A stretch of 63,911 nt of DNA, filler included, from a bacterium (lineage in GTDB: Bacteria > JALSQH01), in NCBI GenBank assembly GCA_026985515.1. It is 6 parts of 6 records of this genome, joined end to end, with 100 filler letters (N's around TTAATTAATTAA, not from the genome) between each part and the next. Parts side by side here need not be neighbours in the genome. Positions count along the whole stretch, not along the records: positions 36,199 to 44,392 come from JALSQH010000039.1; positions 44,493 to 54,268 come from JALSQH010000040.1; 4 more parts are not named here. The stretch is one strand, 5' to 3'. Shown piece by piece: positions 39,591 through 49,509 of this stretch. Every line of letters starts with the position of its first letter. Positions within the stretch are counted from its first letter, which is position 1. The translations under genes were made by a program, and so were the position numbers. The notes below the pieces were generated by a model. It searched no databases, was not told the DNA's origin, and saw only the letters and a list, made by a program, of their open reading frames with translations.

Positions 39591-39959
39591 ATGGTGGATG
39601 TGAAAGAACTTTTAAAGGAATTATCATCTCTTGGTGAAGAAAAACTCAACAAACTTCTTCAGGACGCTCTCTCTAATGAAAAAATTTCAAATGCCCTTAT
39701 GAAAGTTCTTCAAACAACACAGGTAGCAAAGGAAAAATTCAACAAAAATGTTCAGGTAGCCCTTGAGCTTGTTAATGTTGCCACCAAGGAAGATTACGAG
39801 GAATTGAAAGAGGAAATCAGAAAGCTGGCTCAAAAAGTTGAGGAACTTGAGAAGAAAATTGATAATCTTGCCAAAAGCACAAAGAAAACTGCCACCAAAT
39901 CAACATCCACAAAGAAAAGTACCAAATCCAGCAAGAGCACAAAATCAACGAAGAAATAA
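39591..39959 (+). CDS. Phasin/PhaF-like granule-associated protein with coiled coil and K/S/T-rich basic tail
   Basis: ALELVNVATKEDYEELK..I..L..KVEELEKK pattern; tail STKKTATKSTSTKKSTKSSKSTKSTKK. Confidence 0.6.
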   Translation: MVDVKELLKELSSLGEEKLNKLLQDALSNEKISNALMKVLQTTQVAKEKFNKNVQVALELVNVATKEDYEELKEEIRKLAQKVEELEKKIDNLAKSTKKTATKSTSTKKSTKSSKSTKSTKK

Positions 39960-39961
39960 AA

Positions 39962-40930
39962 GTGACCGGAAAAATAGCCATAATTGGTGGCAACAACTTT
40001 ACAGGTAATGCCCTGGGGAAGAGATTGTATGAAGAGGGGTATGACTTTATAGTTGTGGATATTGAGAGACCCCCTTCTCTTCCAAAGGAAGTTCCCTTTT
40101 ATAAAGTTGATCTGACCCAAACAACGGCTGATGCAATTCTTGCCAATATTTTCAAAACAGAAGAGATAAAAACTGTAATACATATGGCCTTCCTCGAAAA
40201 TCCCACCCATAATCTCAGTATGCAGCACGAACTGGAAGTTATTGGCACCCTTTATCTCACTCATGCCTGTGCAGAGGCTGGAATCGAAAAGATCATAATG
40301 AAAAGCTCCACAATGGTTTACGGGGCTCACCCTGACAATCCCAACTTCCTCACAGAGGAGCATCCTGCACGTGGCACTCCATCCTATCCCTTTGTTCAGG
40401 ATATGGTTGAAGCTGAAAAAATCATGATGAGGTTTAAAGAGAAACATCCTGAAGTTTCCGTGACCATATTGAGACTTGCAACTATCATTGGACCGGAAAT
40501 TGATTACTACATAACCAGAATTCTTTCACGCGCTGCTGTTCCAATTCTTATGGGATACGACCCTCTTTACCAGATTATCCATGAAGAAGATGCCGTTGAA
40601 GTATTTTTAGTTGCACTTCGATCAGATAAAGAGGGAATATTCAATGTTGCCGGGGAGGGTTTACTCCCCGTTACTTCAATTCTGAAGATACTTGGAAGGG
40701 TACCCATTCCCATATTTCATCCTGTCGCATATCCGCTGGTGGATTCTCTGTGGCTTGCTGGAATTTCACCGGTCCCGGGAGCGCATCTTGATTATATAAG
40801 GTACCTCTGGGTGGCTGATACTCAGAAGATTAAAGATGTGATGGGATTCTGGGGAGAGTATGATATTAAATCCACTCTTGAAAAATTCTTTGCAGGGTGG
40901 CGAGCAAGAAAAATGGGATTCACCTTATGA
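39962..40930 (+). CDS. Atypical NAD-dependent epimerase/dehydratase (SDR; Rv0501-like)
   Basis: GGNNFTG, VIHMAF, E..GT, KSSTMVYGAHPDNP..L.EE, GYDP..Q.IHE.D, G.FNVAG.G. Confidence 0.82.
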   Translation: MTGKIAIIGGNNFTGNALGKRLYEEGYDFIVVDIERPPSLPKEVPFYKVDLTQTTADAILANIFKTEEIKTVIHMAFLENPTHNLSMQHELEVIGTLYLTHACAEAGIEKIIMKSSTMVYGAHPDNPNFLTEEHPARGTPSYPFVQDMVEAEKIMMRFKEKHPEVSVTILRLATIIGPEIDYYITRILSRAAVPILMGYDPLYQIIHEEDAVEVFLVALRSDKEGIFNVAGEGLLPVTSILKILGRVPIPIFHPVAYPLVDSLWLAGISPVPGAHLDYIRYLWVADTQKIKDVMGFWGEYDIKSTLEKFFAGWRARKMGFTL

Positions 40931-41691
40931 TAAAATTCGCACTTATTAATGAAAAAGGTGGAAGCGGAAAAACAACTCTTAATGTGAATCTTGCCTCATA
41001 TTTTGCACTCTTCAAAAACCAGAGGGTCCTTATTGTGGATATGGATCCCCAGGGACAATCAGGGAAATCCCTGGGAATTGATGTCAGAAACCTTGATGCC
41101 ACCGTCTATGAGCTTCTCACAGGAGAAGCAAGGACAGGAGAAGTTATTCAGCAGACGAGAATAGAAAGTCTATTTATTATTCCTTCAAACAAATCCCTGG
41201 CCAATCTCCCATACAAAATAGTTGATGATCCGGATAGAGATGTTAAATTGAGAAAGGTTCTTTCAAGATTGAAAAATTTCGACATGGTCTTCATCGATTC
41301 TCCACCTTCTCTTGGGGTTATCAGTTTCAATGTAATGACAGCTGCAAATAAGATTATTGTACCCGTCAGTCTTAACTATCTCTCCCTTGACGGAACAGCA
41401 GAAATAATGGATACAGTGGAGAGATTAAAAAAAGCCAACCATCTTAAAGATGTTGAGTTTTTTATGCTTATTCCCACAATGTATCGGAGAACAAGACTCG
41501 CATCTGAAATAATCTCAACTCTACAGAAACATTTTCCCCAGCTTGTATCCAGACACCATATTTCCCTCGATGTAAAAATTGACGAAGCTCAGAGTCACGG
41601 GCTTACCATATGGGAATATGCTCCCAGAAGCCGGGGAGCAAATATGATAAAAGAAGTAGCAGAAGAAATATGGGAAAAGATAAAAAGTTAG
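40927..41691 (+). CDS. ParA/Soj family ATPase
   Basis: NEKGGSGKTT deviant Walker A, DMDPQG, IDSPPSLG, EAQSHG..I.EYAP.S.GA. Confidence 0.92.
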   Translation: MIKFALINEKGGSGKTTLNVNLASYFALFKNQRVLIVDMDPQGQSGKSLGIDVRNLDATVYELLTGEARTGEVIQQTRIESLFIIPSNKSLANLPYKIVDDPDRDVKLRKVLSRLKNFDMVFIDSPPSLGVISFNVMTAANKIIVPVSLNYLSLDGTAEIMDTVERLKKANHLKDVEFFMLIPTMYRRTRLASEIISTLQKHFPQLVSRHHISLDVKIDEAQSHGLTIWEYAPRSRGANMIKEVAEEIWEKIKS

Positions 41692-42737
41692 AAGAGAAGC
41701 TGGAAGAAGAAATATCAAAACTTGAACAAAAAGCTGAGGAACTCCTGAAAAACAGGAAAAAAAATCTTCAGTTATTAGAAAAAAATCTTTCTGAACTTGA
41801 AAAGGTAATAACTGAAATTAAAAATTACCAGGAACTCCAAAAAGAGTTTCTTAGCAATCCCATTTATCGACAGGTTATTGAAGAGATAAAGTACTTTTTG
41901 AGGGAAATTTCCCCGGTTACCATCTTCAAAATCATGGCAGGACTTGGAAACAGCGGACAGGCTGAGGTGGATGAATTTGGAAAAGATGAAGAATTTGTTG
42001 AGAAGATCCAGCCCTTTATCGATTTCCTTTACGACAGATACTGGAGGGTGGAAGTCGAAGGGGTTGAAAACATCCCTTATGAAGGACCCGGGATTCTGGT
42101 TGCAAATCATGCCGGAGTGCTACCCTTTGATAGTTTCATGATAACTGAAGCAGTTAAAAGAAACCATCCCTTTGGAAGGATGCCGAGATTTTTGATTGAG
42201 GAATGGTTCCTCACAAGGCCTTTCATAGGAGTGGCTCTTCAGAGATATGGAATTGCAAGGGGAAGCCAGGATAATGCTCTCCGCCTTTTGAAAAAAGGTG
42301 AGCTAATAGGATTGTTTCCAGAAGGAATGAAGGGTATCTTCAAAATCTATTCCGACAGATACAAACTCCAGAGATTCGGAAGAGGTGGAGCCATCAGAGT
42401 GGCCATAAAAGGAAAGGCACCAATTATACCGGTGGCTGTCGTTGGTTCTGAAGAGATATATCCTGTAATTACTCACTGGGATTTTGTGGCAAGAATTCTT
42501 GGTCTACCCTTTTTCCCTGTTACACCCACTTTTCCATTTCTCGGACTCGCTGGACTGATTCCCCTTCCAAGCAAATGGATCATACGATTCGGTGAACCAA
42601 TCCCCCTTAATGAATTGCCACCAGAAACTGTGGAAAATGAAATCATAATAAACACCCTTAATGAAGAGTTGAGAAGCACCATTCAGGAAATGCTGCTGGA
42701 CATTTTAAAAAACAGAAGAACTATTTTTTTCGGGTAG
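41670..42737 (+). CDS. PlsC-family acyltransferase (Rv0502-like) with N-terminal coiled coil
   Basis: DEFG.D, YWRVEVEG.ENIP, ANHAG.LP.D (HxxxxD-like), FPEG.KG, RFGRGG, PLPSKW.IRFGEPI. Confidence 0.88.
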   Translation: MGKDKKLEEKLEEEISKLEQKAEELLKNRKKNLQLLEKNLSELEKVITEIKNYQELQKEFLSNPIYRQVIEEIKYFLREISPVTIFKIMAGLGNSGQAEVDEFGKDEEFVEKIQPFIDFLYDRYWRVEVEGVENIPYEGPGILVANHAGVLPFDSFMITEAVKRNHPFGRMPRFLIEEWFLTRPFIGVALQRYGIARGSQDNALRLLKKGELIGLFPEGMKGIFKIYSDRYKLQRFGRGGAIRVAIKGKAPIIPVAVVGSEEIYPVITHWDFVARILGLPFFPVTPTFPFLGLAGLIPLPSKWIIRFGEPIPLNELPPETVENEIIINTLNEELRSTIQEMLLDILKNRRTIFFG

Positions 42738-43308
42738 TTTTCCTTTTACTGTTTTTTTCTCTTTCCTGCTGGAGCTTTTCCTCCAACTCTTTAATTTTTG
42801 CTTCCAGTTCCTCAACTTTTTTCTGAAGAGATTCAATTTTTTTAACCTGAGAGGGAGCGAGATATAGCCTTTCAAGGAATTCCCTTGTTCTCTGATCAAT
42901 TCTGTTCTGAAAATCCTCTATCATTTTCTGGGTAAGGACCATAAGATCCTTAATCTTAACAAGCCCCTCATCGGTCCCCTCTGCTATCCTGTCAGAAGTA
43001 TCCTTTAAACTTTGAAGAGATGTCTGTGCAAGACGAGAGAAAAACTGAGATATGGCATCCTCGCCCCCAATTATGAGCTTCTTCAGAACACTTATGGGAA
43101 GCGTGGCTCTCCTCCTTTTACCCTCTTCGAAAAACACCTGTGAAAGTATCAGAGAGGTTATATCTTCCCCAGTTTTATTGTCAATAACTTTTACATCGTA
43201 ACCTCTTTTTATCATGTTGGAAATATCTTCAAGAGTCACATATGAACTGTTCCATGTATCGTAAAACTTCCTGTTTGGGTACCTCTTGATCAATCTAACT
43301 TCTTCCAT
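42721..43308 (-). CDS. PhaR-type PHA-accumulation regulator (PHB_acc_N DNA-binding domain) with coiled coil
   Basis: IKRYPNRKFYDT..SSYVTLEDI..MI..G.DVKVID.KTGEDIT..IL.Q. Confidence 0.88.
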   Translation of the reverse strand: MEEVRLIKRYPNRKFYDTWNSSYVTLEDISNMIKRGYDVKVIDNKTGEDITSLILSQVFFEEGKRRRATLPISVLKKLIIGGEDAISQFFSRLAQTSLQSLKDTSDRIAEGTDEGLVKIKDLMVLTQKMIEDFQNRIDQRTREFLERLYLAPSQVKKIESLQKKVEELEAKIKELEEKLQQEREKNSKRKTTRKK

Positions 43309-43317
43309 CTAATCCTC

Positions 43318-43770
43318 CTACTCTATTTCTATTTTTTCCATTTCTGTAGGATTTTCCACTCCCTTAACTTTTTCCATCTCCTTCCTTATAAGTTCAATTA
43401 CTGATTCAATGGCGTTAAGATACTCTCTCTTTTCCTCCTCCTTTCCCCTCTCAATAATGATCTTCCTTTCAGCCTCAAGAACCCCGAGGATTGTTTCATA
43501 AGCTTCCATCTTTGCCTTTACAAGCTCTGGCTCACTGTCAGGAGCCACTCTGGCAGCCCACAGATCAACACTTGCCTTTATCAAAAGAACAACCGTATTA
43601 ACAGCCTTTGCTCCCGGCAGATCCAGATTTTGCTCAACTATGAGGGAAACTATTTTAAGAAGGGAGCTGATTCCCTGAAGGGCGTGCCTGTGAGATTCTT
43701 TAAAATGAAATTTCGCTCTGTCAAACTCTTCATAAACCTCTGTTAAACTCAAAAGCTTCTTCTCATCCAT
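43318..43770 (-). CDS. Hypothetical helical protein
   Basis: 150-aa ORF with RBS, co-oriented and tightly spaced between arsA and phaR; C-terminal EKIEIE. Confidence 0.7.
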   Translation of the reverse strand: MDEKKLLSLTEVYEEFDRAKFHFKESHRHALQGISSLLKIVSLIVEQNLDLPGAKAVNTVVLLIKASVDLWAARVAPDSEPELVKAKMEAYETILGVLEAERKIIIERGKEEEKREYLNAIESVIELIRKEMEKVKGVENPTEMEKIEIE

Positions 43771-43778
43771 ATCAACTC

Positions 43779-45028
43779 CTATTTAAAAAAGAGCTTTAAA
43801 TATCCATCCTCATATCTTGCTCTGACCAGATCCCTTATAGCAAGACTCCTGGGTAAAGTTATATTCCTCTGAAAATTCCTCAACTTAATGGCAACCTCTC
43901 CAGAGGGAAATGTCACTCTTATCCACATCAGGCAGGTGAATTTTCATAATAACAAACCCATCATCCTTGGAAACTTCAAAGGGCCTTTCTCTGAAAAATA
44001 ATTTTGATGGATCATCATTCCCAAAAATTGCCTCCCCAAGTCTTTTAAGAGCATCGTAATTAACAACCTCGTTCTGAAAGTAAGGTGCTATCAGAATTGG
44101 TAAAGGTGAAAAGGTTTCTTTTGCCTCCCTCAGGTACTCCTTCTGTCTTTCAACCCACTCCCTGAAATAACCGTTACCCGCCTCTTCTGGAAACACCTTG
44201 TTTATTATGAGAAGATCAACCTGCATTCCGAAAAGATGAAAGTAGCTTAAAGCCCTCTGCGATTCCTCCAGCACCATCTTTTCTGGATTAGCCACAAGTC
44301 TTATGGATGTCAAATCCTGATCGAGCAGAATTTCCCGGAGACTATCAACTTTTCGGTAAAGATCTTCAAGAGAACTGAAAATCTCCTCATCTNNNNNNNN
44401 NNNNNNNNNNNNNNNNNNNNNNNNNNNNNNNNNNNNTTAATTAATTAANNNNNNNNNNNNNNNNNNNNNNNNNNNNNNNNNNNNNNNNNNNNGGCATTGG
44501 AACTTTTGAAATCTTCTCAGCAATTGGCTTAATGGCAGTAATTACCTTTTTCTCTATGTGAAAGTATTTTTCCATATACCAGCGTATCGCTTCAGGAATA
44601 GAAAGCATTCTCGCTGTATTTCCAGAAGGTGCACAATCTATAATAGCCACATCATACCCTCCCGAATCATAAAACTCTCTTATTTTCAGCAAACTGAAAA
44701 GATCATCTATTCCGGGAAACATCAGAAGTTCTTCAGCAGTTATTTCATCCATTCCCTGTGAATTGAGTACATTAACAAGATACCTTCTTATCGTCTCCCA
44801 GTTCCTCTTTATTTCCAGATTTACATCTATTTCCATAGCCCACAGATTTGGAGCAATTGAAACAGGTTCCCCTCCTATTTTGACACCAAAGGAGTCAGCA
44901 AGAGAATGAGCGGGATCAGTACTCAGAACAATTGTTCTGAGACCTCTCTCAGCAAGCAGGATTGCAGTTGCAGCACTTATACTCGTCTTTCCAACTCCAC
45001 CCTTTCCAGTGTAAAGAATAACCCTCAT
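43779..45028 (-). CDS. ArsA/GET3-family ATPase with C-terminal HSP20-like domain (interrupted by the linker at 44393-44492 and a frameshift near 43895)
   Basis: GKGGVGKT, STDPAHSL.D, DCAP.G, RLVANPEKMV..E..R, INKV; C-terminal IKLRNFQRNITLPRSL...A.YEDG.LK in a shifted frame. Confidence 0.85.
44393..44492. other. Artificial contig linker inside the ArsA gene (flanks appear nearly contiguous)
   Basis: N44-TTAATTAATTAA-N44; KVPM..|..DEEIFSSLEDLY continues the same protein. Confidence 0.95.
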
Positions 45029-46755
45029 TTACCTTTCCTGTGCGATTTTATCCAGTCAATTAGTTTATCATATTCCCATGAATTAACAACCAGATCCGGA
45101 GGAACCCACCCTCTCCTCGCTATTCCCACACCAAATCTCATATATGGGAGATGATCAAGATGGTGGGCATCAGTGGCGATTGAAATTTTGACACCATATG
45201 AAACCGCCTTCCTGGAATTCAGATCGTTCAGATCCAGCCTCTTGTAATAAGAATTTATCTCCAGTGCTTTGTCATATTTTCTGGCATACTCCATTACCTT
45301 ATCAAGATCAACTCTGTAAGGTTCCCTTTCCCCTATTAATCTTCCCGTTGGATGAGCAATTATGTCAACATAGGGATTCTCTATAGCTGATATTATCCTT
45401 CGAGTCATCACATCTTCGGGGTCATTGAAACCACTGTGAATAGAAGCAACCACAAAGTCAAACTCCTTCAGAACTTCCTCAGGATAATCAAGGGTTCCAT
45501 CTCGCAAAATATCCACCTCAGTGCCAAAGAGAATCCTTGGACCGGGAGTTCTGTTAATCTTCTCAATCTCCTCTTTTTTCCTTTTCAAAGCATCGACATC
45601 AAGCCCATGGGCGATTCTCTGTGAAGGGGAATGATCGGTTATTGCAACATACTGATAGCCCATTCTGGCTGCTGCCTCTTTTATCTCCTGGATTGTTGCT
45701 GTGCCATCACTGTACTTTGAGTGTACATGCAGATCTCCTCTGATATCCTTTATATCAATGATAGCCGGCAACATCCCTGCCAGAGCAAGTTCAATTTCAC
45801 CCGTATCTTCTCTCATTTCAGGTGGTATAAACTGCATTCCAAGAATTTCGTAAATTTCCCTTTCCTCTTTACCTCCAATTTTCTGACCACCCTTAAAAAT
45901 CCCATACTCACTTATCTTGAGCCCCTTCTCTCTCGCTATGGTTCTTAAATGTATGTTGTGCTGTTTAGAACCTGTAAAGTACTGCAAAGCAGCACCAAAT
46001 GAATCTTCAGGTACGACTCTAAGATCAACCTGAATCTTGCTATCCTTAAGTATCACACTTCCCTTTGTATCACCATGTGCCAGAACATCCTCCACCATGG
46101 GTAAACTTACAAAGAAATCAATAACCTTTCTCCCATCAGGAGCAATTGCAAGGATGTCTATATCCCCCACCGTCTCTTTAAATCTTCTCAAAGAGCCAGC
46201 ATACATGATTTTTGAAACTTCTACTCCATTTTTTATGCTCTCTATGATTGTCTCCGCCAGAGGAAGAGCCTCCCCTATGGGTGTCCTCCCCTTCATCGAT
46301 TCAAACAATTGAATTCCTTTTTTGATCTTTTCAATTGTTCTTGGGCCCATCCGCGGAAGATTCAACAGCCTTCCCTCATCTATGGCTTTTTTCAGAGTAT
46401 CAATGTCCTTGACACCTGCCTTCTCGTAAAGGATTCTCACAGTTTTGGGACCAAGGCCAGGTATTTCCATTAAATCAATTACACCTGGCGGAACCTCTCT
46501 TTTCAATTCCTCATACTTTCTTATCTTACCTGTGGTTACATACTCATGTATTTTTCTGGCAAGCTTCTCCCCAATTCCCGGAATACTCATCAACTCCTTC
46601 TCATCCATTTCTGAAATGTCTCTGGCCAGATCCTTCAAAATCTGGGCAGCTTTCCGGTAGGCATTGACCTTAAACTGCATTTCACCCTGGAATTCAAGAA
46701 TATTGGCCATTCTGTCAAAAATTTCCGCAACTTCTCTGTTGGTCATCCTTCCCAT
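45025..46755 (-). CDS. polX: DNA polymerase X with PHP domain
   Basis: HhH IPGIG, GSLRR.KETVGDID, QVDLR, YFTGSKQHN, DLHVHS..SDG, TDHS, AHPTGR, TDAH. Confidence 0.95.
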   Translation of the reverse strand: MGRMTNREVAEIFDRMANILEFQGEMQFKVNAYRKAAQILKDLARDISEMDEKELMSIPGIGEKLARKIHEYVTTGKIRKYEELKREVPPGVIDLMEIPGLGPKTVRILYEKAGVKDIDTLKKAIDEGRLLNLPRMGPRTIEKIKKGIQLFESMKGRTPIGEALPLAETIIESIKNGVEVSKIMYAGSLRRFKETVGDIDILAIAPDGRKVIDFFVSLPMVEDVLAHGDTKGSVILKDSKIQVDLRVVPEDSFGAALQYFTGSKQHNIHLRTIAREKGLKISEYGIFKGGQKIGGKEEREIYEILGMQFIPPEMREDTGEIELALAGMLPAIIDIKDIRGDLHVHSKYSDGTATIQEIKEAAARMGYQYVAITDHSPSQRIAHGLDVDALKRKKEEIEKINRTPGPRILFGTEVDILRDGTLDYPEEVLKEFDFVVASIHSGFNDPEDVMTRRIISAIENPYVDIIAHPTGRLIGEREPYRVDLDKVMEYARKYDKALEINSYYKRLDLNDLNSRKAVSYGVKISIATDAHHLDHLPYMRFGVGIARRGWVPPDLVVNSWEYDKLIDWIKSHRKGK

Positions 46756-46756
46756 T

Positions 46757-47215
46757 TCAGACCCTCACGACAAGAACCGGTACTTTTGATTTCCTCACAA
46801 CTTTCTCCGAAACACTTCCAATCAATAATCTTCTGAGGCCAGACTTTCCATGGGCACCGACTATAATAAGATCCACTGAGTTTCTATCTGCAAAATCAAG
46901 GATCTCCTCAAAGGGTTCACCCTCAAGGATGTGAGAAGATACATAACAACCTTCACTTCTGACTTTCTCCTCGTATTTTTTAATCTGCTCAGAAGCATCC
47001 TTCTTCAATCTCTCATTTACCTCCTCAAGTACCGTTAAATCCTCCGGCGGGACGAGTATTCCATCGGCAGTGGCAACAAATGGATATTCATATGGTTCAA
47101 CAACATAAAGAAGGTGAATCTCTGAGGAAAAACATTTCCCCAGTTCTACGGCTGTTGAGATAACCTTTTCAGTTACCGGGGTGAAATCAACCGGTACAAG
47201 AATTTTTTTAAACAT
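46757..47215 (-). CDS. Universal stress protein
   Basis: KKILVPVDF, G.P.EEI, DLIIVG.HG.SG.....IGSVSEKVVR....PVLVV. Confidence 0.95.
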   Translation of the reverse strand: MFKKILVPVDFTPVTEKVISTAVELGKCFSSEIHLLYVVEPYEYPFVATADGILVPPEDLTVLEEVNERLKKDASEQIKKYEEKVRSEGCYVSSHILEGEPFEEILDFADRNSVDLIIVGAHGKSGLRRLLIGSVSEKVVRKSKVPVLVVRV

Positions 47216-47224
47216 ATTTCCCCC

Positions 47225-47635
47225 TCACAGAAGTTTTGAAGGCCTTACAATGACCTCCGCCACATTTGATAGTTCAGTTATGAGAATCATCATTATGTCA
47301 TCAATGGAGATCATTCCAACTAAATTTTTATTTTCATCCACTACAGGGAGTCTCCTCACATTTCTCTCGGACATAAGTTTAGTTGCTTCATAGAGTTCCG
47401 CATATTCAGGAATAACCGCTACATTTTTAGACATTATTTCCTCCACTTTTTTGTCACATCCATCTACTATGCTCAGAGCAATATCTCTATCCGTCACAAT
47501 TCCCACTATTTCCTTATCTTTTTTAACAACTACAGCACCAACATTGTGTTCCTTCATCTCCCTTACTGCCTCCCTTATTGTCGTATCTGGTGAAACAACA
47601 ACCAAGTTTTTACTCATGAAACTTTTGATTAACAT
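47225..47635 (-). CDS. CBS-domain pair protein
   Basis: MS..LV.V.P, VGAVVV, VGIVTDRDI, VRRLPVVD, GMISIDD. Confidence 0.92.
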   Translation of the reverse strand: MLIKSFMSKNLVVVSPDTTIREAVREMKEHNVGAVVVKKDKEIVGIVTDRDIALSIVDGCDKKVEEIMSKNVAVIPEYAELYEATKLMSERNVRRLPVVDENKNLVGMISIDDIMMILITELSNVAEVIVRPSKLL

Positions 47636-47647
47636 TATTTCCACCTC

Positions 47648-48589
47648 CTAAGCTATTTTCTTTAATCTAATTCGCTTATAAAGATTCTCCACATCCTTTT
47701 TTGAACAAAGCTGAGTGCCGGGTGTCAGAGCCGTAGCTGTCCCTGCAGCTACACCCCATTTAAATGCATCCACAGGATCCTGCTTCTGGGAGTATTTGTA
47801 AACAAAGGCTCCCACCAGTGAATCACCTGCTCCAACAGTGCTCTGAACAGCAACTCTGGGAGGTGTGGCTCTGTAAAATCCCTCTTTCGTTGCAAGAATT
47901 GCCCCCTTTGCTCCCATTGACATTATAACAATTTCAATACCATCAGAAAGCAGTTTCTCACCAGCCTTTATGTAATCATCAATTTTCTTTATCTTGACCT
48001 CAAGCAACCTTTCCAGTTCATATGTGTTGGGTTTTATCATAAAAGGCTTTGCCTTAACCCCCTCTTTAAGCGGTTCTCCATCAGCATCAAGAATACACTT
48101 AAAACCTTTCCTGTTAAATTCTTCTATGAGAACCCTGTAAATATCTGGAGAGAATCCCCTGGGAATACTTCCAGAGAGAACCAGATACCCCTCCTGCGGC
48201 TTTAATGACATGATCTTTTTCAGAAACCACTCTCTTTCCTCTTCACTGATTTCCGGACCGGGAGCATTTATCCTTAACTGATCATGTGTATAGGCATCTT
48301 CAATTATGACATTTGTACGGGTTTCTCCTTTTATGTTTATTACCTCAAGATTAAGACCAATCTTTTTCAATCTGTCCTTAATCTCGTATCCAGTGTATCC
48401 TCCAAGAAGAACAAAAGCTTTTGAATGTCCCCCAAGCTCTTTTATAACTCTGGACACATCTATTCCCTTTCCACCAGGATCTTTGAGAACCTTCATCGCT
48501 CTGTTGGTATCGTCAAAAACAAGTTCATTCACCAGATAGGTAATATCTATTGTCGGGTTGAGAGTGACAGTTATAATCGAAGGGGTCAT
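47648..48589 (-). CDS. PfkB/1-phosphofructokinase family kinase
   Basis: TVTLNPTID, PGGKGI.VS, ETRTN, SGS.P.G, IKPN..E, STVGAGDS. Confidence 0.92.
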   Translation of the reverse strand: MTPSIITVTLNPTIDITYLVNELVFDDTNRAMKVLKDPGGKGIDVSRVIKELGGHSKAFVLLGGYTGYEIKDRLKKIGLNLEVINIKGETRTNVIIEDAYTHDQLRINAPGPEISEEEREWFLKKIMSLKPQEGYLVLSGSIPRGFSPDIYRVLIEEFNRKGFKCILDADGEPLKEGVKAKPFMIKPNTYELERLLEVKIKKIDDYIKAGEKLLSDGIEIVIMSMGAKGAILATKEGFYRATPPRVAVQSTVGAGDSLVGAFVYKYSQKQDPVDAFKWGVAAGTATALTPGTQLCSKKDVENLYKRIRLKKIA

Positions 48590-48642
48590 ATCTCCTCCCA
48601 CTTTATTAAAAAGATAGCAACTTTTTCCAAGTAATACAAGAA

Positions 48643-49395
48643 TCAGTTCCCTGGTCTTGTTTTTTCATACAACTTCACATACTTGAGAAACACGTACCAG
48701 GAATTAAGAGCTTCAACAATAAAACCATAGATACCGTCAAGAAAACCAAGATTTATAAAAAAATTTCTGAAAAAGGTAAAAATAGGGAAAAATACGATTT
48801 GATACCATCTTCCCCTCCACCCTTCTTTTAACCGCTGATTTGCACCCCATTCGGCGTATCTTATGAGTTTTTTCACATATTCATCGATGTTTTGATAAGT
48901 GTAGTGAATCAATTTATTTTTTAATCTGCACACCTTTCCATCAACCACCACCTCGGCGTGAACCTCTTTGTCCTCATACCTGCATTTATCTCTCCTGAAC
49001 AACCTTATAACTTTATCCCGCCCCCAGGAACCATACCTGATCTCTCTGCTTCCTATAAAATTCCTTCTTCCTATCCAGTAAGCATCACAGAGAGGATTTG
49101 CGAGAGTTTGCAAAATCTCTTCTCTTAACTCTGCTGGAACCCTTTCATCTGCATCCACAATCAATATCCATTCATTTGAAGCCTGCGGAATTATCCAGTT
49201 TTTCTGTGCCGCAGAATACCTGTACTCGTGCTGAACCACTCTGTCTGCATATTTTTTTGCAATTTCAATGGTTTTATCGGTACTGAAGGAATCCACCACA
49301 ATAATTTCATCTGCAAAACTGATACTTTTCAAACACTCTTCGATGTTTTTCTCTTCGTTATAGGTTGGAACTATTGCCGTTAATTTTTCGCGCAA
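48643..49395 (-). CDS. Glycosyltransferase family 2 (LPS beta-glucosyltransferase WaaE/KdtX-like)
   Basis: YNEE.NI..CL.S, VDSFSTD, QKN, VDADER, VH, GFLDG..G. Confidence 0.9.
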   Translation of the reverse strand: MREKLTAIVPTYNEEKNIEECLKSISFADEIIVVDSFSTDKTIEIAKKYADRVVQHEYRYSAAQKNWIIPQASNEWILIVDADERVPAELREEILQTLANPLCDAYWIGRRNFIGSREIRYGSWGRDKVIRLFRRDKCRYEDKEVHAEVVVDGKVCRLKNKLIHYTYQNIDEYVKKLIRYAEWGANQRLKEGWRGRWYQIVFFPIFTFFRNFFINLGFLDGIYGFIVEALNSWYVFLKYVKLYEKTRPGN

Positions 49396-49509
49396 TGTGA
49401 ACTCCTTTTTTAATGATTATAACACCAGAATACCTGTTTTCAATGAAAAATTTTTATTTGCATTTCCCTCTATCTCTGAATATACTAAAAGCAAACAAAA
49501 GGAGTGGTT

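Noticed and set aside
43880-43910. Frameshift/short deletion before the last strands of the ArsA HSP20 domain
   Set aside because: Looks like a collapse at a GGAGAG micro-repeat, likely an assembly artefact; cannot be judged without reads
43779-45028. Arsenic resistance locus
   Set aside because: No arsR/arsB/arsC/arsD nearby, and the protein has the HSP20-tailed Get3-like architecture
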